Of a stretch of DNA of 64,000 bases, positions 53,881 through 64,000 are shown piece after piece (position 1 is the stretch's first letter; every line of letters begins with the position of its first letter). Source of the DNA: Harriotta raleighana (Eukaryota); the NCBI GenBank assembly GCA_050575255.1, contig JBNZDD010013726.1, forward strand, positions 10,950,999 to 11,014,998, given 5' to 3'. The notes beneath the pieces were generated by a model that saw nothing but the letters and a program-made list of their open reading frames with translations, was not told the DNA's origin and made no database searches. The position numbers were made by a program, and so were the translations under genes.

Positions 53881-56428
53881 AATTAATATGTGTAGTTCAT
53901 AATGGTTTAGGTTCCTTTGAGCTGGAATGGGTTAAGTGGAATATAACAGATGATTCCACTTGTATTGCTAATCATGTCTTCTCTCAGGCTCTCTCTCCAC
54001 AGATGGCTTCACTGTGGTTGAAATAAATATTCCACATCTGTTGCAATGTAAAACAGATTTGTTCAAACTTTTCCACTCAAACATTTACTTCCATCTCGAT
54101 AAATTATACAGGAAAAATGTCAACTTAGTCACTTCTATTTTTCCTTCCAGCGAATAAAATTAAACAAATGGCAAAATATTACAAGTTAGTTCAAATTAGT
54201 TTTGAATTAGAACTGGTTCTGAAGTCATTCACGATCCATGTTGAAAACGTTTGAAGTGCGTTTCTGCTCACCCCATTTTTTCTGTCTGTATTCCTTGACT
54301 TGGCAGAAGGCTATTCTTGTGTCTGATTGCTTCAGCTGCAAAGACCAGTCTGGTCAAGTCCCAGAACACTATATGATGCTACTCAGTGGATCTAACAGGA
54401 AGGTTGCTTGTCACACTGAGGCAGTCTCTATTTTTATTTTTTATTGTCGTTTTATTGGACATTTTTTATTTTTCTTTAACTGGACAAGTGATTGATTTTT
54501 TTTTCAAGAAACACAATCGAATTGAAAGGGACAGGAACAGAACCAGGAACCATGTGTTATGAACGAGATAAATTCCACTTATTCCTTGTGGTAGCTTAGT
54601 CTTTACATTTCCGATGGCCCGAACGTTTGTGGAAAATTCTCAAATTTACTTTCAATTTACAAATTGCGGTCCTTTTTAAGAACTGTGGAAGAAGGTCTTC
54701 CAAAGTAAGATTGCGTTGGAAGAATGCTCCGCAATTCTGCAAGACNACGAGATAAATTCCACTTATTCCTTGTGGTAGCTTAGTCTTTACATTTCCAATG
54801 GCCCGAACATTTGTGGAAAATTCTCAAATTTACTTTCAATTGCGGTCCTTTTTAAGAACTGTGGAAGAAGGTCTTCCAAATTAAGATTGCGTTGGAAGAA
54901 TGTTCCGCAATTCTGCAAGATATTACATTTTAAGACAAATTGATCTTTGCAGGCCGGCTGTGTCTAGATGGAATTTTGTGTCTCGGATTTCTTTCAGCCT
55001 TTGGTTTCAGCTGCGGAATACGCACATTAGGTGGTCAAAGTGTCCACCGACCAATAAGATAGTGTTGTGATCTCACCAGAAATATGAGTGTGTCTCCTCT
55101 CCAACGGCAATAGAAAATAGACTGGTATTCTCCTTTACACGCCCAGTGATCACTTGCAGACACATACTCAGACTGATGAGTTCACCAGTAATGTAAGGGA
55201 AATATAACCCCTTTTTGTTACCAGACAGCTAGGGATTTTCTTTTCTCTCGACCAGACATCCTAGGTGAACTGAGGCACACAAAACAGTAGTCCACCAGTC
55301 TTTGAACACACCAACTCCCAACATTTAAATTAAAAATCCTTGAATCCTCCCATTATTTAATGGTTGCTGCAATATGTTTAGACTTGTTGAATTTATGATG
55401 TATTTCTGATGCCAACCAAGAGGTTCAGGATAATTAAAAACAAATTATGGCTTTGGCATCCCAACACAATGAGTTTCTGTTTGATTACTAACCACGTTGC
55501 CAGTGGGAATGTGATGAAAAATGTTTTTTTTGGTATCTCTCTGACTGTGTGTACTGAAATTATTCAACTGACTGTCTTAACTGAATCCCAAGATGCGTAA
55601 TTTCACATTTCACTGAAGAATAAGTGAACAAGGAATATTGTCAAGAGGGTTGATTTCGATGAAAGCAATATCAGTACAGAAACTGTGTATAAATATATAA
55701 AGTGTGGTCCTGACACTTTGGAGATCAAACGTTAAGTCCCAGAGCTACCAATAGCAATACAACATACTCTCAACAAGCTGCAGTTCCTTTAACAGGAAAG
55801 AACTTTCTTAGCAACATCTGCACAACTGTAATTTGCGTGCTTCATTCAGTTCAATCACACTACTTGCAATTTGTCTCCTGATATTATTTCACTGACAAAT
55901 ATCGCTCGGCATTTACTCCAGAGATGGAATGGCGGAGATTCCTAAAAGGGAAAGCCGATCTCCTTACAGACTTTCAGCAATTACTGCCTTCAATGCTTGG
56001 CCATCACGAAGATGCAAACTCATTATGTCAATGGTATAACAGTAACGGAACCTTTTACAGTAGTTGGCTTAAGAATATTTTTAATACACTCAACAACTTT
56101 TAGATATTCCATCAAGCATTAACATTTACATTCATCATTATGGTTATAAATGCCTAAAGTACTTAAAGGTATTAAGATTGATATGAAATGCTTATAAATA
56201 ACCTGACGCAGATATTAATTAGATGCAGATCTATGGACATCCATAGACAGTGGGGTTAACCCCCAAAATATTTGGTTGCAGACCAGTCAAAAATGAGACT
56301 TTGTTTGCTTTGTACTCCGTGTCTTGTTACCAACTTGGGAAAGATAATACCAGAAAAGAAAACATTGGCACAGGAGTGGCTTAATCGAGTTGCACTGCAA
56401 CGTCAACCATTTGTGTCTTTATTTTTAG

Positions 56429-56606
56429 GTATCCATTTCCTACAGTATTCAGCAGTTGCAGCAAAAAGGACCTGGACAGTAGCCTGGAGAAGGGAGTAGG
56501 AATGTGCCTGTTTAATATGCCAGAAATTAAAGAACTCCACGGCGGTCAAAAGTGTGGCAATGGATATGTGGAGGAAGGCGAGGAGTGCGACTGTGGTGAA
56601 CTTGAA
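56429..56606 (+). CDS. ADAM12: ADAM12 exon ~12, end of protease and start of disintegrin domain (YPFPTVFSSCS...CGNGYVEEGEECDCGELE)
   Basis: ttttag acceptor and gtaaga donor; 178 nt; CGNxxVExGEECDCG signature. Confidence 0.97.
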
Positions 56607-57171
56607 GTAAGACTGCACAAGGGAGATTGGGTTACTCTTTTTATTACTTTGTGAATTTCAAAACTTATTCTCCGGCCACGGGAGTCAAGCTCAAATTTGA
56701 GTAGAGTATTGTGCACCTTCAAGCCGTTCCTATTTAAAGAGTCGGCATACTTTACATTATTATCTTAATGAGCAAATTACTCATTAACTCTATTAATGAA
56801 TTAGTTAATTAATTCTAGGCAGGTGGCTTCACAGGAGATTTTCCCCCAAATGCCGTTGTATTCGGGACCTTGTGAGTTCATTATGCGAAAAATCACATTA
56901 CGAACTCACTGTGTTGAAGATCATACATTTATAGTCCAGACAGTTACAAAGCATCTCCCCAGTTATATATTATTGAAGCACAAATTGGCCTGGAAACACT
57001 GACCTCCTAAACGAACAGTAACAGTCAAGAAGCCTGGCAGGCCATGCTTATATGGATCTACTGTAGTTATTATGATTACTCATGGTAAAGGGAATAGCAG
57101 AGTGATGGTGACCACTAAGGTTTTACGATACAGCAGTTCAGAATCATCAACTGTAAAGTTACAGTAGATTC

Positions 57172-57213
57172 CTTTGCTCTGTCCTCCTTTCAGAAAAGGA
57201 GGACAGAGCAAAG
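57172..57213. repeat. Perfect 19-bp inverted repeat with 4-nt loop
   Basis: ctttgctctgtcctccttt-caga-aaaggaggacagagcaaag. Confidence 0.95.
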
Positions 57214-58521
57214 AAACAGGTCATTTACTAATGCAGATAAACTGCATATAATATGCATGTCTTCCACTACCTTTGCCTATCTGTACAACAACAACAAAAT
57301 TACATTTATATAGGGCCAAGGTGCTGAAGTTGATGGCTTGAGGCATGTGTAGGGGAGGTGAAGTGAGGATAACACAGAGTCATCAAATATCATTTGTGCT
57401 TACAGATCTGTATTTTTTCACAAAAAATATTTATTTTTTCTGCTTGCGGACAGTCATGTTTTGATCAATTCAAGAAGATAAACAGTGGAAATTAGGCCAA
57501 AATCCAGCTGGGTAGATTCCTCTTAACAAAAAGGAAAAGACAGACTGAAGCTGTACACCCTTGCCAACACTGATGGCTCTGGATATCTTCATGTGAAGAA
57601 TTTAATAACATTTGTTGACTTAAATTGTCACTATATTTTAGTTATACAGATACCGAGATAATCAAGCTCACAGAGGCTGAATGTTCCATTCGAGAAACCT
57701 TTATATAGCAATGTCCAGGGTACAGAAAGGTATTTCCATTGAGGGAGTAAAACAACATTGTACCAGTCAACTAAACATTTTTAAACTAATCTACAGCATT
57801 AAAGTAATTATAAGTATATTTCCCATGCTGGCAACACATATCAATAGTTTATATACATTATTTTATATACAGAGGGACCAACGTGCTCATAATGCTTCAC
57901 ATTTTATACTTTGAAGATTCCCAAGTGTCACGTTGTTTTAGGGAATTTGGGGGATCGATTTCGCTGTTTTTCTTAATAAAGAAACCTACAATTTAAGATT
58001 TAAGAGTGGTTTCCTTATGATAACAGCAAGTACCTTTCGCTGACACAATGGAAACTCACTCTGAAAATAGATTGAGTTGGAGTGGTGTTTCTTTGACTCA
58101 CTGCGTGGACTTAATTGAAAAGTCTTGTTAATAAATACAGCAAAATTGGCCCCAATATTATGTGATAGAATACTGAAAGCACCAAGATGTCTTGGGGCAG
58201 CTGAGCTAACATGTGCCAGAATTGTTTCCTTTACCATTATCAATTTTGCTAGTTGGAGAGAATCAAATTCATGTTATTTATCGCTACCTGTTGCTACAGC
58301 TTGAGAAGAAATGGGTATTAGAATATGTTTGCTGAACAGTAACATGAGAAGTATTATTTTAAGAAATGGATGAAAGTTTAACTTTGTTGTTACGCACAGC
58401 TCTTTTTGTGTGTATTTTTTTCCTCTAGTACTTTTTACTGACCGGAAGTCGGGAATGTCTGGGTGTTTTGTTTTTTGCATTGCTAATTCTATGTGTGTGT
58501 GTGTGTGTTTTCTGCTTTGAG

Positions 58522-58611
58522 GAATGTACCAACCCTTGCTGTAATGCGAGCACCTGCACACTGAAATCCGAAGCAGTATGTGCACACGGACTATGCTGCA
58601 AAGATTGCAAG
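58522..58611 (+). CDS. ADAM12: ADAM12 exon ~13, disintegrin ([30 protein letters not shown])
   Basis: tttgag acceptor (unusual GAG) and gtgatc donor; 90 nt; phase 0/0; cysteine pattern of disintegrins. Confidence 0.95.
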
Positions 58612-59774
58612 GTGATCACATTTTTTGAGATCTGAGATTCTTCTTCCTGCTGAAAGAATGCGCGTGTCCTCTAACCCGGGAAACTAATAGCAAGAAATTC
58701 CACCCGAGTCTCGATTTTCTCTTATTTATCTAGCGTTTCAGAGCGTTCAGAATTTAGCAAGTTGTTGAATTCAGTCTCGACTTTGAAGTTGTTTTTTCTG
58801 CAGCTTGTGAAGGAATTTACAGAAAATGGACTCCCGAATTAAAGACTCTGTTTAAGAATTTGACAAATTTTGGATAAGCTCGAATGCTAAGAAAACAGAG
58901 AAAATCAGGTGGAGGATCCATACTGTAGTACTTACTCACTACAAATAAATTAATTGTTTTAAGCAGTTTGAGGTATTTTTAATGAAGGTGCTATAAAACA
59001 CAAGTAATATATCAAATATATAACAAACTCATACATAGTGATTTGTACATTATCAAAAGCAGTGCTATCATTGTCAGACAAGCAAAAGCGATAAGGCTCA
59101 TACCTATCCTTCCAATTGCTTTATTTCTGTACAGATTTAAATGAAAAGAACCCTTAACTCGTGAAAGCGGCATATATAACTTTATTTATTGTACTTTGCT
59201 AACTTAAATAACTGCAAATATCTCCAATGTTTCAATGAATCCACGGAACGCAGCACATGATGTATTTAGTGCTCCCTGGTCCGGTTGATATCAATACTTT
59301 AAACTGTAGTTTTAAGTGCCACGGTTGGTGTAGACCAAACTGAAGAGATTTCACATTAGTCCTATCGGCAGTTTATCCCAATCGGAAGACTGTACAAGAG
59401 GGTTAAAGTGGTCAAGTAGAGATGGGAAAAGATTTAAATGTAATCTGTGTTCTCCATTCTTTCCATCTCGATAAACAGAATAGCAATGTACACATGAAAA
59501 TCAAGCAGTTTGTTCCTCTACACAAATTCCATCACATTCTCAGACATCTGTTATTTATATAATGCTGTACATACAATTCAATTTGTTAATTAATGCCACT
59601 GTTTTATTCCATGCTGTGCAGCTGTATTATAAACTCTAGTCATATCATGTGGTGTTAGTGGTATAGTGATGATGGAAAACTCAGCCAGATAGGATCACAT
59701 GACGGGAAGAGTTTAACAAATATGTTTTTCAAGTCTATTTCTGGAGTATCCTTATTACGAGGAGAATAGAAAAC

Positions 59775-60025
59775 ATCAGGAGGATCTGGTCAAATTAAAC
59801 AAATGAGTCAAGTAGTGACAGATGTTTTTTTTAATATAGATGAATGCAAGGCGATGCACATTCAAATGAGAAACAGGAAACATTTGTGCACAATGAAGGA
59901 TTGTCCATTAGAAAATAATTGGGTAGGGAAACGATTTGAGTGTGATTACTGATCATTCAGGGAAGCTTTCCGGATGATGTAAAGCTCTATCAATAAAACT
60001 AATCAAATAGTAGGCTTCATCTTGA
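59775..60025 (+). mobile_element. Decayed CR1 ORF2 fragment downstream of the RT core
   Basis: QEDLVKL..QM.FNIDECKAMH..KRFEC-like remnants with stops and frameshifts, matching CR1 QxDLxxL..WQMxFNxxKCKVMH. Confidence 0.7.
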
Positions 60026-60907
60026 TGATGTGTGATCACAAGCCTAAGGAGGGTAATGGTTGCATGTCAGAGTAGGAATCCATTTATCCCATCAAGCTTG
60101 TTCTGCCGGGTTATTACAACAACAAAAACTTGCATTCATACAGCACCCCTCACACATTGTAGCATCCTTACTTCCCAAGTACCTGTCGATCTATATTTTA
60201 AATATTCCAATTGATTCTGCCCATAAAAACTTGTCGGGCCGTGCATTCTGCAACAAAATAAATGAACGCTTTAGAATATTAGAGCCTGGGTAAGTCCTGG
60301 GAAAATGGTATTACTGTATAAGTTGTGCGAGCTGCAATGCACAAATTATTCATGCAACACAATGATTTCTATGCAGTGGGGTGTTGGAATGTTGTCAGTG
60401 GAGAAAAGGTAAAAGTTGCAGATGGATGAATATTCTGCTTAATTACTATTGTAGTTCAGGGAGTATCCGAACAATGCTTTGTCCCCCCAAGAGATGGCTT
60501 GTGCGGGATGACGTCCGTGATTATTAAATAGATTTTGCTTGGTTCTGGAAGGCATAATCTTAACATGCTTCCTTCTGCTCTTAATTTGCATATTCATAAC
60601 ATTGCAATTCATACAGAAAAAAAAGTATTTGGCTCCACTGTTTGCCAAAATATCCAAATTCAAATTATTTAAAGCCACAAAATACACAAGGTAACATTTT
60701 AATAATTCATACCAAAATATGTTTAGTGACTCATTTGAATCTGCCTTCAATAAAATATCAGCTTTAGTGCATATGTGTTGCTCTGCCAGTATGTTAACCT
60801 AAATATTTTCACCAGACAATTATTTTCACCCACCGCACAACAACTTGCCTTTGTTTGGTTTTTCACAATGATGTTCAGTGTTTTTTTGTTGTTTGTGCGG
60901 TTTGCAG

Positions 60908-61103
60908 TTGAAGCCACCAGGAACACCTTGCAGGGAGTCCAGTAATTCCTGTGATCTACCCGAGTTCTGCACTGGAGCGAACGCACACTGCCCAGCCAAT
61001 GTATATCTACACGATGGGCAGCCCTGTCACAAGAAGGATGGTTACTGCTACAATGGAATATGTCAGACACACGAACAGCAATGCATTACTCTCTGGGGGT
61101 CAG
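60908..61103 (+). CDS. ADAM12: ADAM12 exon ~14, disintegrin loop and Cys-rich start (LKPPGTPCRESSNSCDLPEFC...EQQCITLWGS)
   Basis: ttgcag acceptor and gtaaat donor; 196 nt; overlaps ORF 60878..61111. Confidence 0.98.
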
Positions 61104-62487
61104 GTAAATAATCATCACTAAATTCTACACTGTACTGCATCGCAGCAAAGAACTTCCAAGTTTCTGATCCTCCGTTCACTCCGTTTCACAATGTTTGACA
61201 GGAAGAAATTAGCATGGTGATTAATAACAATAATAAGGGTTGAATGTTAAGGGAAAATGATAACACTATGAATGTGGTGAGATGTCTCACTCAAATCGCA
61301 ATGCTTCCATTATCCCCTGAACTTATACTCCTCAGTTTAACCATCTGTCCAGATAATGTGATAGCATTTTCATTTCATGCGCAGATTGAATATGCAGTAT
61401 ATATATCATGAGGAAACATTTCTAAGCATTTTTTTTTTAACCCAGTCCACGCATTTATTGTTCGGCATCTCTTTCGCATTAGATCTTTTCTTTCAGATCC
61501 TCCGAACCCATGTGCAGTGACTGCACTTGTAATTCCATAACTTAGCACTGAGCCACTTGAACTCGACATGAGGAAACACCAGGATGGTTGGCACTAATTT
61601 CTCCTCCCTCCTTCAGTCACAGTGCCTCAGCTTTCCTAGGTATCTCCTCAAAGAGCCAGCATCAGGCCAGAGTCAATGAGAAAAATCCATGCCTGAATAT
61701 ATGATACTGTACTGTATACGTCAGAGCTTAATTCTCTCTCCACCATCATGTTGCTTTCAAGGATATTCCTATTGCTGGTGCCAGTTAAGGTCCAAAACAA
61801 CAACAACAACTTGCATTTACATTGAACACAACATATGCCTGTGCAAATTGTCCACCAAAACTGGGCAATATTTGTCAAGTTTGCTTTTTAATAGACTGTT
61901 CTGTAGCTGGTGAGGTTGCCACTAATTCCCAGCCAGGCGGTTGTAGATTTCAGCTCTGGGACTGCCTGCTATTTCAGATCTGCGCAGAATTTTATCAGTT
62001 CTCAATAAAGACGCTAAATGTTCCACCTTAGAGGTTTGAGAGACAGATGATCTCTGTCTAACAGTTAAGATGTTCAATGGAGTGCCATTTGGTGCAGCTG
62101 GGAAATAGTCTGTAATCTGTATTACAGGTACTATGATAGAGTAATGCAGAAAGGTTTGAAGGGATGAAGAAGGGATGATTAATGATGCAAAATGATTAAT
62201 TATATATGTCTAACGTCTTCATGTGTCACTGCAGATGTGGTTAAGAAACTTAAGCACCCAGTCTTGTCCAGTGTTATCAAGACTTCCTTAAACTTTATGA
62301 GAAGAGGTTTCATTTAGCATCGGGTTTTATTGTGACGATCTGGTCTGGTTTGGGAGCTTCTGTGAGTTGCTATGCTGCCATGTGCCAGCTTCCGTCGGCT
62401 GCGGGATTTGATGGCGCTTTCCTCCTTCACGCTCTCAAGTCACTCAAAATGACTTGAAATTGTTCCTTTTTTTTTTCCCCCCATCAG

Positions 62488-62596
62488 GTGCCAAACCTGC
62501 TCCTGGAATCTGCTTCGAAAAAGTAAACTCAGCCGGTGATCCCTATGGTAACTGTGGGAAGGATTCATCTGGCTCATTTGCAAAATGTGAGACCAG
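62488..62596 (+). CDS. ADAM12: ADAM12 exon ~15, Cys-rich domain (GAKPAPGICFEKVNSAGDPYGNCGKDSSGSFAKCETR)
   Basis: long polypyrimidine tract plus catcag acceptor and gtacac donor; 109 nt. Confidence 0.96.
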
Positions 62597-62799
62597 GTAC
62601 ACACAATATATTCTTTCTCTCGGAAAACAGGTGGCAGATTTTCAGCAGCATGGCCCCCGTAAGCTTTTAGCTTGGAAACAAATAAAGGAGCAAAATAACA
62701 CTGCCTACCTCTACCCTGGAGTCCTCGTAGCTTTCTTTCCTCATTTGCCTTTGGTTGTCGTTTGTCCCTTGGCTAATTCAGATCCACACCTACTTGTCT

Positions 62800-62866
62800 C
62801 TTTTGGGACGTCCTTCCTACATGAGAGGAGCTGTACAGACGTCATTTTGTGAGTTTGTTGTTGTTG
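62800..62866 (+). mobile_element. Short L2 3'-tail stub (others at ~1-52, 17570-17630, 19822-19878, 35478-35540, 35820-35872, 50640-50695, 57286-57315, 60115-60150, 61794-61825)
   Basis: tttgggacgtccttcctacatgagagg...gtttgttgttgttg matches the L2 tail at 8218-8292. Confidence 0.7.
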
Positions 62867-63359
62867 AACAAGTCACTGGGTTTTTTTTTAATACTATCCT
62901 TGATCGTTCCAGGACGAGAGAGCATTGATTGAGGAAATGCTGCTGTATCTTACATTTTGCATGTCAGTGAGAGTGGGAAAAGGATTGATAAGAAGTCCCT
63001 TATTTCTGGTCTCTGGTTGGGTGTCTGTTTGAGCTATCTGATTATATTGATGGTTCAGTATCAATGGATTAAATTACCCCCTGCTCCACGGTGAATGATC
63101 CATCCATAGTTTTCCTGTACATAGCTGTACAGAATGTACTGTACCTGAGTAATGTTCACTTGCATTGATAATCTGTAGTGTTATTTGTCCATGAATTGCC
63201 CTATCATATTAATACATTTTGACCACATGCAGTGGTTTCCCAAACAATACAGATGTGGTCTCTGCAATCCAATTCCTTGCCTCGTCTCTCCGTACTCTCT
63301 CCCCTTTTTCAGGTCCTGCCCGAAAACCTTCCTTTTCAACAGTGCTTACAGTCAACCAG

Positions 63360-63730
63360 AGCACCCAGTTTCCCAACAGGCTCTGTTGGTTCCTGATCCA
63401 CGGTGTCAAACTTCCCATCAGTTCCAAATTGCTTTACCATCCTTGATGACCAGGTTCCTATGAGTGCAGGTTGACTCTGATTCCATTGCATCCAATTTCC
63501 CACCAAACTAAATTGGCTCCCCATTCATGTCATTTCGGTTTCCCAACAGACTGAGTTGGCTTTTCAGGCGGTGTGTCTGATATCCCACCAGACTAAGTTG
63601 GCTCTCTATCAATGGTGTTTAGTTTCCCAGCAACAAAAGTTGGCTTTTGATGCATGTGTCCCAACAGTCGAGAATGATTGTGTGACCATGTAATCCAATT
63701 TTTCCAAATAGCCTTAGTTAACCAACCAGG
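63360..63730. repeat. Degenerate 42-43-bp tandem array, core about TTTCCCAACAGACTRAGTTGGCT
   Basis: Anchor CCC/CCT at 63372, 63414, 63457, 63499, 63542, 63584 and 63626, then weaker units. Confidence 0.75.
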
Positions 63731-64000
63731 CATCCAGTTTCTTTTCACAGTTTAGTGCGGTCTTCAACATTGGTGTCCAATCTATGTAGTAATCTAAATT
63801 TGCTGTTTGTCCATACTCTGCAATTTCCCTACTCTGTAATTGAATGTCAAACTTTGATGTCCAAGTTATTTGGCAGACTTTTTCCAAATCTGTCCCAACA
63901 ATGATGTCTAGTTTGGCTTATTGCCCTTAACAACGAATTCCCTGGCATTTTGCACTATCTGGCTTACTGTTGATCTGGAGAGCGATATTCTCAGTCTTGG

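Larger units (their letters stand above)
23864..62596 (+). other. ADAM12: ADAM12 gene, partial (12 internal coding exons, about exons 4-15); 5' and 3' ends outside the window
   Basis: Twelve exons with AG/GT boundaries and compatible phases join into a stop-free frame of 1458 nt. Peptides match human ADAM12 as recalled ([52 protein letters not shown]). The SNS disintegrin loop favours ADAM12 over ADAM19/33. Confidence 0.96.

Noticed and set aside
63360-63730. CRISPR-like repeat-spacer appearance
   Set aside because: Vertebrate intron, repeats are highly degenerate, linkers are partly related to one another, and there are no cas genes.

Overview
This is eukaryotic (vertebrate) DNA, not prokaryotic. 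The window covers the middle of an ADAM12 (meltrin-alpha) gene on the + strand. Twelve GT-AG exons between 23864 and 62596 splice in frame to 1458 nt, giving the late prodomain, the RHKR furin site, the metalloprotease domain with [12 protein letters not shown], the disintegrin domain and the start of the Cys-rich domain. The start codon, early exons and 3' exons lie outside the window. Bases 1-23863 appear to be part of one long intron. The introns are full of tRNA-derived Deu-domain SINEs, CR1 and L2 LINE 3' fragments, old palindromic elements and microsatellites. This repeat mix suggests a cartilaginous fish, plausibly elephant shark (inference only). Eight single-N positions each separate two near-identical copies of a sequence and look like unmerged haplotype overlaps. 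One of them appears to capture both the filled and empty allele of a SINE insertion. I found no convincing new gene system. The best leads are that polymorphic SINE, a weakly defined disintegrin exon with a (TG)8/GAG acceptor, two apparent templated duplications, several hairpins and a 42-bp degenerate array. Exon numbers follow human ADAM12 as recalled from memory. Almost all other ORFs in the supplied track are non-coding noise or repeat-derived.
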